Of a stretch of 64,000 bases of DNA, positions 16,182-27,215 are shown piece by piece. A model generated the notes under the pieces. It was not told the DNA's origin, ran no database searches, and was given only the letters and a program-made list of their open reading frames with translations. The translations under genes and the position numbers were made by a program. Each line of letters opens with the position of its first letter. Position 1 is the first letter of the stretch. Source of the stretch: Longimicrobiales bacterium (lineage in GTDB: Bacteria; Gemmatimonadota; Gemmatimonadetes; Longimicrobiales; Gaopeijiaceae). The stretch spans positions 192,001 through 256,000 of the forward strand of contig CBDFIQ010000002.1 of the NCBI GenBank assembly GCA_965248195.1, read 5' to 3'.

Positions 16182-19004
16182 CTACAAGTTCAGCCAGTAA
16201 TTCATCTTGATCAGGAAGATGTCGTCGGAGGGGAGCCCGAAAAGCTCCCGGGCGTCGTAGCCGAGGTCGAAGAGCCCGACGTCGAGGGCGCCCGTTTCGT
16301 CGAATTCGGATGCCCGGACCCTGACCGCCCGGCTCTGTTGCCAGACCAGGAAGAGCGTCGAGCCCGGGCTCCACTCCCAGCGCAGGACGGCGTTTCCGAG
16401 AAGGCTTCTGAAGTTGAAACTCCGGTCGCTGACCGTGAACGGCGGGGCCGCGCCCGGGCCGTCGGGGTCGATCAGGTAGTCCCCGTCGGGCTGACGGACG
16501 CTGGTGCCGATTTCCTCACCGTACGTCGAGAATCTATACGTGTCGGGCTCACGGAATTCTGCCAGGTCCCCATAGTCACCGCTGGAGATGAGCGGCTGTA
16601 CGTATATCTGCAGGGTCAGCCTCGGTGAGAACGTGACGTTCATGCGGGTCTCCAGTGCGACCGTCGTTTGATCGAGGGGCGCGAAGACGTAGCGCTCTCC
16701 GAAGGTGCTCGTGGCCAGGGGATCGCTTGTCGAGGTGACGTACTGCGCCTGCGTACGACTGCGCGTCAAGGAGGGACCCAGCCGTAGCTCCAGCTTCTCA
16801 CCGGACCTGTAGGTGAAGTCGATCGATCCCCTGTGCTGCCAGGAACCCGCGGCGCCGCTCGACCCGTCGTATCGCGTCCGGACGCTCAACGCCTTGCGGG
16901 AATCCGAGTTGAGACTCGCTCTCCACGCGCCTGAAGCGGGCCTCCGGGCCATCGGCCCTCCCCTGGTGAGGCGATCGTCATGCGTCGCTGGCTGGTAATC
17001 CCCGCGCACGGATCCGCCCCAGTAATTGAGCCAACGCCAATTGGCCAGGAGATTGAAATTACTGAAGACCCGGTCGCCTGATGTGTTCCACTTGTTGTCG
17101 GGACCACCAGCCACGCTCCAGTTCCGGAAGTAGCTGCCGGGTCGAGGCTGGGTCCACTGAAAATGTGTATCCAGAATCAGCCGTTCGGTCTCGGTCTGGA
17201 ACCCGAGGTCGTTCACCTCGTAGCCGGGGCTCAGATAGGCCGTGCCGATCCTACCCGTAAACGAGCCGGCCTGCTTGTTGAGCTCCCCCATGGCGTACAA
17301 TCCACCCATCGATGTAGCGGACGGGTCGACACTCAGGTGGGTCGCGTCCGGCCGTTGCAGGTATCGGGCCGAAGACTCCTGGGCACTCAGGATCGCAGCG
17401 GCGTCTCCCTGGATGTAACTCGACGCAAACGCGCCGCTGACCTTCCAGCCTCGATTGGCCCACTCGTGTACGAGATCGACTCCCGTGACGTAGGCCGCCG
17501 AGCGAAGCTGCCTGACGAGCTCCGGGTCTTCGAGGTCGCGGTGCACGGCGGTGGCGATCATGCCGAGCTGCGTTTCCCCTGCGCGCGTATCCCTGCGAAC
17601 TCTCCCAGCCAGGTAGTTCGTGGCGGGCTCCAAGACGCTCCGGCCGTCCACTTCAGCTGCGTCCACATAGGGAGCGTACTCCCGGCCCGTCACCGCGTCG
17701 AGAAAACCGACCGACCAACCGTCTCCCACCCTTCCGGTGATTTTCGCGGCGCCAAGGATGGTGGTGGACACGGGCGCATCGGAAAACACGGCTGCCGACG
17801 ACACGCTGCCCTGAGGCCTACGACCCACTCGCCGCGAGTACAGGACCTGGGGTGGCGGTCCCGAGCTGCCCCTGGGACCGCCCCGGCCGTACGCGAAGAT
17901 CTCGGCTCCCTCCACGAAGAACGGACGTCGCTCTTCGAAGCGCGTCTCGAAGGCGGTCAGGTTGATGACGGCCGGATCCACCTCGACCTGCCCGAAGTCC
18001 GGGTTCACCGCGCCGTCCAGGGTGAGGTTCGAGCCGAGGCGATACTTGAGATCCACGCCCATGCGGCCGAAGTAGTCGGAGCCCGACCGAAAGGGATTGT
18101 TGAACGACACCTCCGAGCTGGGTTCCTGAAAAATGTACTCCGCGCTCATTCCGACGTAAGGAAGCACCTCCAGCTTCTGTCCCCCACCGATGCCGCGGAG
18201 CCCCGTGAGATGCCCGTACCGCGCGACACCACCCCGCTCCAGTTTGGGGGTAAAGGAAAAGACCGCCGTCTCCTCGATGCGCCGAATGTTCCGCTCCACC
18301 TGAATGCCCCAGAGCATCTCGTCTCCGGGGCTGAACCGAAGCTGACTGAAGGGGATGCGCATCTCGGTGAACCATCCCTCCTCCGTGATCACCGAGGCCA
18401 CGTCCCATATTGGGTCCCAGGAGGAATCCCCGCGGCCACCGCCGCCACCAAAACCAAAACTCCGTCCACTCGTCACCGTCGCGTCCCGCTTCAACCCCGA
18501 CGGGTTGGTCGTGAAGCGATATGAAGTCTGATGGTCGTGGTAGCTGTCGATGGAAATCGTGAAGAGGTCCGAGTCGGAGACGCCGGCGTCCCGACGCGCC
18601 AAGCGGGTCATGATGGGGCCGGAGTCGTAGAACCGTCCTCCGATGTAGAGGGCGTCGTCGTCAAATAGAAAGCGAACGTCTGTAGGCTGGCTGACCGGTT
18701 CGCCTTCATTAGGGTCGATCTGTGTGAAGACCGTCATGGGCATCGCCGACGCCCAAGCGGCCTCATCGGGCATTCCGTCGATCTGGATGCTCGAGGAGGT
18801 CCGGACCGCACCGACCACGGGGGTTTCGGAGTGGGGGAGGATCGCGGTGCTCGAATCGGAAACGAGGCGATCAGCCTCCTGTGCGGAGATAGACGGAGCC
18901 CACAGCAGCAGGGTTCCCAGCACGGTGGCTGAGGAGCGGGCGAGAGCACGGTATACGGTCGGCGTCGTCACCCGGGAGGGTGGACCCGATCGGAGAATAC
19001 GCAT
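16182..19004 (-). CDS. CBM9-like/DUF5916 outer-membrane protein
   Basis: Signal peptide. N-terminal I.IDG..DE..W, FTQ..P..G.P, D.YHD, W..EMRIPFSQLRF. NPDFGQVE.D...NLTAFETRFEERRPFF. C-terminal ..IKMNYWL. Confidence 0.88.
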   Translation of the reverse strand: MRILRSGPPSRVTTPTVYRALARSSATVLGTLLLWAPSISAQEADRLVSDSSTAILPHSETPVVGAVRTSSSIQIDGMPDEAAWASAMPMTVFTQIDPNEGEPVSQPTDVRFLFDDDALYIGGRFYDSGPIMTRLARRDAGVSDSDLFTISIDSYHDHQTSYRFTTNPSGLKRDATVTSGRSFGFGGGGGRGDSSWDPIWDVASVITEEGWFTEMRIPFSQLRFSPGDEMLWGIQVERNIRRIEETAVFSFTPKLERGGVARYGHLTGLRGIGGGQKLEVLPYVGMSAEYIFQEPSSEVSFNNPFRSGSDYFGRMGVDLKYRLGSNLTLDGAVNPDFGQVEVDPAVINLTAFETRFEERRPFFVEGAEIFAYGRGGPRGSSGPPPQVLYSRRVGRRPQGSVSSAAVFSDAPVSTTILGAAKITGRVGDGWSVGFLDAVTGREYAPYVDAAEVDGRSVLEPATNYLAGRVRRDTRAGETQLGMIATAVHRDLEDPELVRQLRSAAYVTGVDLVHEWANRGWKVSGAFASSYIQGDAAAILSAQESSARYLQRPDATHLSVDPSATSMGGLYAMGELNKQAGSFTGRIGTAYLSPGYEVNDLGFQTETERLILDTHFQWTQPRPGSYFRNWSVAGGPDNKWNTSGDRVFSNFNLLANWRWLNYWGGSVRGDYQPATHDDRLTRGGPMARRPASGAWRASLNSDSRKALSVRTRYDGSSGAAGSWQHRGSIDFTYRSGEKLELRLGPSLTRSRTQAQYVTSTSDPLATSTFGERYVFAPLDQTTVALETRMNVTFSPRLTLQIYVQPLISSGDYGDLAEFREPDTYRFSTYGEEIGTSVRQPDGDYLIDPDGPGAAPPFTVSDRSFNFRSLLGNAVLRWEWSPGSTLFLVWQQSRAVRVRASEFDETGALDVGLFDLGYDARELFGLPSDDIFLIKMNYWLNL

Positions 19005-19069
19005 CGTCAAAATTTCAGCACGATGGCTACCGGTTTGCAAGAATTTTCAGGGAATCCACGACACCCACA

Positions 19070-20029
19070 CTACCCGGGGAATAACCCGGTCACGGCGGGA
19101 AGCGAATCGTTCTTGCTCCACTCGTTCCAGGAGCCGTCGTAGAGCCGCACGTCATACCCGAGATGTTTGGCGATGAGATACGTATAACTGGAACGCATTC
19201 CTACGTAGCAGTAGTTCACCACGATCGCCCCGTAATCTGCCCCGGCTCCCAGGAACTGGAGCTGGATATCCGTGAAATCACGCAAGACCGGGTTCGCCGA
19301 CGACACGAGAAGGTCTTCCCAGTAGAGATTGCGAGCGCCGGGGATGTGACCCGCCCGTCCTCCAATCCGAGTCGGGATACGTCCGGTGTATTCACCCTCG
19401 GGCCGTGAGTCGATGAGTGCGATGCCGGGGCCGTAGAGCCGCTCTTCGATCCATTCGGCCGAGACGAGCACATCGTCTCGGACCCTCGGTATGAACAGCC
19501 CTCGAGGGCCCTGCGTCGGGCTGGCTTCGACCGCATGGTCGGCCGCCTTCCATGCGTCCAGACCGCCGTCCAACACCACCGTGCGGGCACCATGCCCGAG
19601 ATAGTCGAGCGTGACATATGCCCGTGCAGGGAGGTGGGCGGGAGAGCCGTAGAGTACGACCAGCGCTTCGTCCGAGACCCCGGCCACCTCCAAGCGCTCG
19701 ATCAGTTCATCGATCGGGGGCACCTCCACGATCAGGCTGTCCCTAACTTGGACGATCTCCTGATAATTCAGGAACCGGGCGCCCGGAATGAACTCACCGG
19801 AGGAACGCGCCGTCGCCATACCGACATGAAGCAGAACCATCGAAGAATCCTGGAGGTGCTCGGCGAGCCAATCTACGGAGACGAGGACCCCGGGTGCGTC
19901 CTGGGCTGGGGTGGTTGGCTGCAGTGAGATCGACCCCCGGGCCGGCCGGGCTGCCAGGATCAGACAGGCCGTCAGGGCCAGGGTCATCCAAGGCGGGGGG
20001 CGGTGCGTCCATCGCGGCCCGAGCGTCAT
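19070..20029 (-). CDS. Secreted two-domain rhodanese/thiosulfate sulfurtransferase (SseA-like)
   Basis: LVSVDWL, LDGGLDAW, IDSR, GHIPGA, active-site YCYVGMRS, LYDGSWNEWS. N-terminal signal-like segment. Confidence 0.9.
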   Translation of the reverse strand: MTLGPRWTHRPPPWMTLALTACLILAARPARGSISLQPTTPAQDAPGVLVSVDWLAEHLQDSSMVLLHVGMATARSSGEFIPGARFLNYQEIVQVRDSLIVEVPPIDELIERLEVAGVSDEALVVLYGSPAHLPARAYVTLDYLGHGARTVVLDGGLDAWKAADHAVEASPTQGPRGLFIPRVRDDVLVSAEWIEERLYGPGIALIDSRPEGEYTGRIPTRIGGRAGHIPGARNLYWEDLLVSSANPVLRDFTDIQLQFLGAGADYGAIVVNYCYVGMRSSYTYLIAKHLGYDVRLYDGSWNEWSKNDSLPAVTGLFPG

Positions 20030-20156
20030 CTTCCGTGCTTCATCCTGAATTCTGCTCTTCCTTTGCTTACGCGTGCCGGCTACATGTGCCCGCCGGAGCT
20101 ACGATGTGCCTGGCCCGGCCATGATGTCCCCGAATGACCAAACAGAACTATCATAG

Positions 20157-21344
<1,188 letters not shown>

Positions 21345-21368
21345 TGCAACAGAGATCGGAGACCGGTT

Positions 21369-21719
21369 TTGGCTGAAGCCCTACTGGCAGTTGTAATGGC
21401 CCCCCGACAGGGGGCGAATGGCACGTTCGTGTTCTTCCTGAACATGACCGCCGTGGTCCTCATCTTCTACTTCTTGCTCATTCGCCCGCAGCGAAAGGAG
21501 CAAGAACGACAGAAACAGATGATCGCGGCTATCACAAAGGGTGATGAGATCGTGACCACGGGCGGGATCATCGGCACCGTGATCCGAGCCGAGGAAGACC
21601 GCCTGATCATCAAGACTGGTGGCGAGACCAAGATCACCGTCGAGCGGACCCGGGTCGCCCACAAGGTCTCGGCGGACGGAAAGGGAGCATCAGCCCGGTC
21701 GGGTGCGGCGGCGAAGTAG
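21369..21719 (+). CDS. yajC: Preprotein translocase subunit YajC
   Basis: FYFLLIRPQRK, KGDEIVTTGGIIG; follows tgt. Confidence 0.95.
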   Translation: MAEALLAVVMAPRQGANGTFVFFLNMTAVVLIFYFLLIRPQRKEQERQKQMIAAITKGDEIVTTGGIIGTVIRAEEDRLIIKTGGETKITVERTRVAHKVSADGKGASARSGAAAK

Positions 21720-21721
21720 CA

Positions 21722-22243
21722 ATGGCGGTTCGTAGGATCTTGCTGCTCGGCGAAAAGGTTCTTCGCGTGCCGGGTGTGGAGGTGGTTGAGTTCGACGACG
21801 AGTTGCGCGCACTGGTCGCGGACATGCTCGAGACCATGTACTACGCTGAGGGAATCGGCCTGGCGGCTCCACAGATCGGCGTCTCGCTCCGGGTGTGCGT
21901 GCTCGACCTCCATGACGAAGACGACCCCGACGGCGGGCGTTGGGTCTTCGTCAATCCGGTCATCGTCGAGTCCAGCGACGAAGAGGAAAAGGCGGCCGAG
22001 GGTTGCCTGAGCATCCCCGAGATGGAGGATGTCGTCACGAGGCCGGCGCGTGTCACGGTCCGCGGCTTCGACGCCGAGGGGGAGGCCATCGAGGTCGAGG
22101 CGGAAGGGTTGTTGGCCCGAGCGCTCCAGCACGAGATCGACCACCTTGACGGGGTTCTGTTCATCGACCGGCTGAGCGCGTTCAAACGGCGCGCGCTGCT
22201 CAAGAAGTGGAAGAAAAGCCAACAGGAGGGGGCGAAGAGGTGA
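21722..22243 (+). CDS. def: Peptide deformylase
   Basis: GIGLAAPQIG, EGCLS, QHEIDHLDG. Confidence 0.98.
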   Translation: MAVRRILLLGEKVLRVPGVEVVEFDDELRALVADMLETMYYAEGIGLAAPQIGVSLRVCVLDLHDEDDPDGGRWVFVNPVIVESSDEEEKAAEGCLSIPEMEDVVTRPARVTVRGFDAEGEAIEVEAEGLLARALQHEIDHLDGVLFIDRLSAFKRRALLKKWKKSQQEGAKR

Positions 22244-23175
22244 GGATCCTCTTCTGGGGAACGCCGGCCTTTGCGGTCCCTTCTCTTCGCGCGCTCGACG
22301 AGGAGGGCCACGAGATCGTGGGCGTCGTGACCCAGCCGGACCGGCCCGCTGGGAGGGGCAGGGAGCTTCGAGCGGCGGCGGTCAAGGAGGAGGCTCTCGA
22401 CCAAAGCTTCAGAATCCTCGAGCCCGAGTCCGCACGCTCTGATGACTTTGTCGAGGAGATCGCAACCCTCGGGGCGGAGCTGTCGGTCGTCGTCGCGTAC
22501 GGACAGATCCTGTCTCTCGAAGTCTTGAGCATCCCCCCCAAGGGTTCGGTGAATCTGCACGCCTCGCTTCTCCCTGCGCTGCGTGGGGCGGCACCCATCA
22601 ATTGGTCCATCGTCGGGGGCGACACGGTGACGGGTGTCACGGTCATGCGGATGGTCGAGCAGATGGATGCGGGACCGATCCTCTTCCAGGCGGAGGAGCC
22701 GATCGCACGGGAAGAGACGGCCAGCGACCTCAGGATACGGCTTTCTGAGATTGGCGCCGAGGCCCTGGTGGAGGCGCTCGTGCTCTTGGAGGCGGGCTTG
22801 ATCGAGGAGCGGGAACAGGACGAATCGCGGGCTACCTACGCGCCCAAGGTCGATCGCGCCACGGCCCGGATCGAGTGGTCCCGCCCATCGGTCGTCGTGG
22901 AGAACTTCATTCGAGGTATGGATGCCGTACCGGGTGCGTGGTCGGAGCTCGAGGGCCAACCGGTCAAGCTCTTCCGGCCAGTGGCCGGCGCGGAGATCAT
23001 CCCCGAGGGTCGACCGGGAACCATCGTGGAGGCCGACCGCGACACGGGGCTGCTGGTGGCGACGGCCGAGGGAGCCGTGTGCATACGCGAGGTCCAACCA
23101 CAGGGGAAGCGACGGATGGACGCGGGCGCGTGGATTCTGGGGCGCGGCGCCACTACCGGACAACGCTTCGAGTGA
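22240..23175 (+). CDS. fmt: Methionyl-tRNA formyltransferase
   Basis: FWGTP.FA, VVTQPDRPAGRG, NLHASLLP..RGAAPI. GTG start overlaps the def stop. Confidence 0.97.
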   Translation: MRILFWGTPAFAVPSLRALDEEGHEIVGVVTQPDRPAGRGRELRAAAVKEEALDQSFRILEPESARSDDFVEEIATLGAELSVVVAYGQILSLEVLSIPPKGSVNLHASLLPALRGAAPINWSIVGGDTVTGVTVMRMVEQMDAGPILFQAEEPIAREETASDLRIRLSEIGAEALVEALVLLEAGLIEEREQDESRATYAPKVDRATARIEWSRPSVVVENFIRGMDAVPGAWSELEGQPVKLFRPVAGAEIIPEGRPGTIVEADRDTGLLVATAEGAVCIREVQPQGKRRMDAGAWILGRGATTGQRFE

Positions 23176-23876
23176 TCCCGCGGTTACACGTCGTCACCGA
23201 CGACGAGATCCTGGCCCGGCCCGATTTCGAGACCCGCGCTCGCGAGCTGTGCGAAAATCTTGGGATACGCGAGTCGGCCGATGGGAGTGTAGTGGGTGGC
23301 TCGTTGGCGTTCCATATCCGGGGGGCCCGCACGACGGGGCGGAGGCTCACTCGATTGGCGCGGACTCTGTGTGAGCCCGCGGCCGCGTCGGGGATCACGC
23401 TTCTAGTGAACGATCGCCTGGACATTGCCCTGGCTGTCGGAGCGGCGGGGGTCCACCTCGGCACCCGCTCGATGCCGCCCTCCGAGGCACGACGATTGTT
23501 GGGAGGGGGTCGACTCTTGGGTGTGTCGGTGCACAGCGCCGGCGCGGCGGTGGAGGCGGCCGAGTCGGGAGCGGACTATCTGTTCGTGGGCAGGCTCTTC
23601 GAGACGCTCTCGCACCCTGGAGCGGCCCCGAGGGGACTTGAATTCATGCGCTTAGTGGCGTCGCGAGCCGCCCTGCCTCTGGTTGGAATCGGCGGGGTGA
23701 CCCCGGAGCGGGCGGCCGAGGTCCTCGCCTCCGGCGGACACGGGGTGGCAGCCATAAGAGGCATCTGGGACGCCCCCTCTCCGCCGGACGCCGTCCAGGC
23801 TTATCTTGATGCCGTGAAGGCCGGCGATCCGGGAGAAACGGACGATCCGGGAAAACGAGCGCACCGGGAGGCATAA
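23172..23876 (+). CDS. thiE: Thiamine-phosphate synthase
   Basis: LLVNDRLDIALA, GVHLG, GVSVHS, GADYLFVG, PLVGIGG. GTG overlaps the fmt stop. Lies next to thiS-thiG. Confidence 0.85.
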   Translation: MIPRLHVVTDDEILARPDFETRARELCENLGIRESADGSVVGGSLAFHIRGARTTGRRLTRLARTLCEPAAASGITLLVNDRLDIALAVGAAGVHLGTRSMPPSEARRLLGGGRLLGVSVHSAGAAVEAAESGADYLFVGRLFETLSHPGAAPRGLEFMRLVASRAALPLVGIGGVTPERAAEVLASGGHGVAAIRGIWDAPSPPDAVQAYLDAVKAGDPGETDDPGKRAHREA

Positions 23877-23886
23877 TCGGATTGCC

Positions 23887-24105
23887 ATGAGTGAGCGAGG
23901 CAGTATTCAGGTACACGTGAATGGGACGGAGCGGGAAGTCCAGTCTGGGCTCTCGGTCCATGAACTCGTGGAATCCTTCGACCTCGACCCCATGCTCATA
24001 GTGGTCGAGCTCAATCGGGAGATTCTCACCCGCGACCAGTTCAAGGAGATCCGGGTCTCGGATGGGGACGCGGTTGAATTGGTCCACTTCGTCGGAGGAG
24101 GCTGA
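23887..24105 (+). CDS. thiS: Sulfur carrier protein ThiS
   Basis: 72 aa ubiquitin-like protein ending VELVHFVGGG. Confidence 0.95.
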   Translation: MSERGSIQVHVNGTEREVQSGLSVHELVESFDLDPMLIVVELNREILTRDQFKEIRVSDGDAVELVHFVGGG

Positions 24106-24106
24106 A

Positions 24107-24925
24107 ATGGGAAGTAGCGAAGTCGCTGTCGGAGGCGCCGTCGAAGGGGCGCTGACTGAGCCTCTGCGCATCGCCGATCAGGAGTTCGATTCCCGCCTCT
24201 TCGTCGGCACGGGGAAGTATCCCGATAACGAGACGATGGTCGAGGCTATCCGGGCTTCTGGCACGGCGATGGTCACGGTGGCGGTGCGTAGGGTCGACTT
24301 GGACCGTACCCAGAGCGAGGGTATCCTCTTCCACCTCGACCCCGAGGAGTTCTTTCTGCTTCCCAACACAGCCGGGTGTTACACGGCCGAGGACGCAATC
24401 CGATACGCCCGGCTCGCCCGCGCTGCAGGCTTCAACGAGTGGCTCAAGCTCGAGGTCATCGGCGACGAGACCACGCTCGTACCAGACACACAGGCCACCC
24501 TTGAAGCCGCGGAGACGCTGGTGGCGGAGGGCTTCAACGTGATGGCCTATACGAACGATGATCTCGTGACCGCCCTCCGTCTGGAGGACGCAGGCTGTGT
24601 AGCCGTCATGCCCCTCGCGAGTCCGATCGGCAGTGGGCTCGGGATCGTGAACCCCTACTTCATCCGCGAGATCAAGCGGCGGTGCGACGTGCCGATCATA
24701 GTGGACGCGGGGGTCGGGACCGCCTCCGATGCGTGTGTCGCGATGGAACAGGGTGTGGACGGAGTGCTCATGAATACCGCCATCGCCACCGCTACCGATC
24801 CGGTGGCGATGGCTCACGCGATGCGGCTTGCGACCCAGTCCGGACGGCTCGCGTACTTGGCCGGCCGCATGGAGGCCCGAGAGATCGGGATTCCATCGTC
24901 GCCCATGCGAGGGATGTTGGACTGA
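24107..24925 (+). CDS. thiG: Thiazole synthase
   Basis: SRLFVGTGKY, LLPNTAGC, WLKLEVI, MPLASPIGSG, VDAGVGTASDA. Confidence 0.97.
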   Translation: MGSSEVAVGGAVEGALTEPLRIADQEFDSRLFVGTGKYPDNETMVEAIRASGTAMVTVAVRRVDLDRTQSEGILFHLDPEEFFLLPNTAGCYTAEDAIRYARLARAAGFNEWLKLEVIGDETTLVPDTQATLEAAETLVAEGFNVMAYTNDDLVTALRLEDAGCVAVMPLASPIGSGLGIVNPYFIREIKRRCDVPIIVDAGVGTASDACVAMEQGVDGVLMNTAIATATDPVAMAHAMRLATQSGRLAYLAGRMEAREIGIPSSPMRGMLD

Positions 24926-26247
24926 GCGCCGCGTCCGCCACGGGGGGGCGACTCGCCGCTTCGGATGTTCTCGCGGCGGTGGCCCGCGGGCGGAGGCTCG
25001 ACCGGGCCTTTGCGGCCGCTACTCGTTCACTCGACGCCCGTGATCGTGCGTGGTGCCGAGAGTTGGTGTTCGGCATTCAGCGACTCCGGGGTCGGCTCGA
25101 TTACCTGCTCGATCGGAGGGTGAAGCGGGGTCTCGAAAGCGTAAAGCCCGGCGTGCGGGACTCACTTCGGATCGGCCTTTACGAGATGCTTTATATGGGC
25201 GGCGTGCCCGAGTACGCTAGTGTGTCCCAGGCGGTCGATCTCGCCCAGTCCAAGGGCGGCCGGGGTGTCGCCGGATTCGCGAACGCTGTACTTCGAGGCA
25301 TTGCGCGGGATGGCGGTGGCCCGGAGAACTTTCCCGACCCCGAAACCCATCCGGTGGAGTTCTTGTCCTCGTGGGGTTCGCATCCCAGGTGGCTGGTGGA
25401 GCGGTGGCTCACACGTTGGTCCTTCGTAGATGTGCGGAAGCTGGTCGAAGCGAACAACAGCGTCCCTCCCATATCCCTTCGGTGCCTCTGGGACCGCCCG
25501 GAGGAGGCTGTGGAGGCGCTGGAAGCCGAGCAGATTACTGCCGCCGTTGTCGGTTCTGGCACGGGATGTGTAATGATTCATGGGCATGCGTCACTGGAAG
25601 AGGCGATGAGGGTGGTTCCAGCCGTGGTACAGGACCCCGCGGCCGCCTTGGTGGTCTCGTATTCCGATCCTGACGCCGATGCCCGCATCGCGGACCTTTG
25701 TGCGGCGCCGGGCGGCAAGACGTTGGCGCTCGCGGCGCGAGGCAATCTGGTCTTGGCGGCGGATCGGTCGATCGAGCGCCTGCGCCTCGTTCGGGAGAAC
25801 GTAAACAGGGTGAGAGAACAGGGTGAACGCCGGATTCGGGTAAGTACGGTGCAGGCGGATGCGCTCACACCACCGGTCAGCCGGCCCGACATGCTGTTGT
25901 TGGACGTTCCCTGCACAGGTACGGGGACACTGAGGCGGAACCCGGATATACGCTGGAGGCTCACGCCGGATCGGCTGGATGAGATGGTGGCCTTTCAAGG
26001 CCGTCTTCTGGACGTGTGCGCCGACGTAGTACCGAAGGGAGGTGTGTTGGTGTACGCAACGTGCAGCCTCGAGCCCGAAGAAAACGAGGAACAGATCGAG
26101 GCCTTCACGGCCCGACGGCCGGAGTTCCATATGGATCACGGCGAAGGGGTGAACGGAGAGTTCTTGGACGATCGGGGTTATCTCTATGTCCTGCCGCAGG
26201 CATTCGGCTTCGACGGAGCGTTCGCAGCCCGTCTGAGGAGGGTGTAA
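24922..26247 (+). CDS. rsmB: 16S rRNA m5C967 methyltransferase RsmB (Sun); start uncertain, possibly CTG 24922
   Basis: NusB-like N-domain (FANAVLR), SHPRWL, DLCAAPGGKT, DVPCTGTG, YATCS. Confidence 0.93.
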   Translation: MSAASATGGRLAASDVLAAVARGRRLDRAFAAATRSLDARDRAWCRELVFGIQRLRGRLDYLLDRRVKRGLESVKPGVRDSLRIGLYEMLYMGGVPEYASVSQAVDLAQSKGGRGVAGFANAVLRGIARDGGGPENFPDPETHPVEFLSSWGSHPRWLVERWLTRWSFVDVRKLVEANNSVPPISLRCLWDRPEEAVEALEAEQITAAVVGSGTGCVMIHGHASLEEAMRVVPAVVQDPAAALVVSYSDPDADARIADLCAAPGGKTLALAARGNLVLAADRSIERLRLVRENVNRVREQGERRIRVSTVQADALTPPVSRPDMLLLDVPCTGTGTLRRNPDIRWRLTPDRLDEMVAFQGRLLDVCADVVPKGGVLVYATCSLEPEENEEQIEAFTARRPEFHMDHGEGVNGEFLDDRGYLYVLPQAFGFDGAFAARLRRV

Positions 26248-26309
26248 CAGTGTGGTTCCGACGGACGTGAGCGAGGAGCGCACGTGGAGACGAGGCGAGA
26301 GACGTTGAC

Positions 26310-27149
26310 ATGAGACTGGGAAGCTCGATTCGGCGGCGCCGATTCCGCAGTGACGGGCGCTTCGAGTGGCCGAAGGCGTGGCGGCCGTTGAGTCTCGGCT
26401 CGCTCAACCCTTCCAGAGATGCCGTTGTCGTGGCGGGGGGGGTTCTGGTCTTCGGCTTGGTCTTCGGCTACCTGGTGACCACTCGTCTACTCTTTCCGAT
26501 GCCGGCGCGGCCACAAGATCTCTTCGAGGTGCCCGATGTCCGGGGACTCGACCGTGCGGCGGCTCTGGACATGATGGAGAGGGCCGGAATTCCCGCCGTC
26601 GTGACGGATTCGTTTCGGCATCCCACAGCGTTGAGGGATGAAGTTTTGGGTCAGGCGCCCCTCGCCGGGCAACTTTCTACGGCGACGAACACAGTCGCCT
26701 TGACCGTGAGCTTGGGCCCGGTGCGGAGGCCAGTGCCGGATGTGGTCCGGCTCGGCCTGAACTCAGCCAGGACGGTTCTCGAAGCGAGCGGCTTCACAGT
26801 CGTCGTGGACACGCTGTTAGCTGAGCTACCGGCAGGCCAGGTGGTGGAGATAATCCCTGAGGCTGGTACCGACGTGGATCTTCCTATGGAGGTCATAGTT
26901 CTTGTGAGCATCGGGCCTCCGTTGGTCCCTATGCCGCTCCTTCTCGGGATCGAACAGGCGAATGCCGAAGTCCTGCTCGATTCCCTCCAGTTCGAGCTAG
27001 CCGAAATCGAGTATCGGTTCCGGTTCGGGCGGGATCAGGGGCGGGTCGTTGAGCAGTTTCCGCCGGCGGACAGCCTCGTGGCCCCCGGGAGTCGGGTGAG
27101 CTTGGTCGTCGGGAGGCGATCCTCGGCCCGGCGCGGCGGCAGAAACTAG
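26310..27149 (+). CDS. Single-TM protein with three PASTA domains
   Basis: TM helix, then repeats VPDVRG, VPDVVRL, MPLLLG; Q.P...V...V.L.V motifs. Confidence 0.88.
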   Translation: MRLGSSIRRRRFRSDGRFEWPKAWRPLSLGSLNPSRDAVVVAGGVLVFGLVFGYLVTTRLLFPMPARPQDLFEVPDVRGLDRAAALDMMERAGIPAVVTDSFRHPTALRDEVLGQAPLAGQLSTATNTVALTVSLGPVRRPVPDVVRLGLNSARTVLEASGFTVVVDTLLAELPAGQVVEIIPEAGTDVDLPMEVIVLVSIGPPLVPMPLLLGIEQANAEVLLDSLQFELAEIEYRFRFGRDQGRVVEQFPPADSLVAPGSRVSLVVGRRSSARRGGRN

Positions 27150-27215
27150 CTCATATCCGGATACATAAGTTAAATTAGAGTCCGATCCTCTAGTTCTACA
27201 CAGGCTTTTTGGCAC

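Noticed and set aside
17163..18524. 453-aa plus-strand ORF (likewise 21841..23163, 60872..62131, 20151..21218, 56748..57854)
   Set aside because: These lie opposite well-supported genes. Long stop-free antisense frames are expected at high GC, and no motifs are recognisable.
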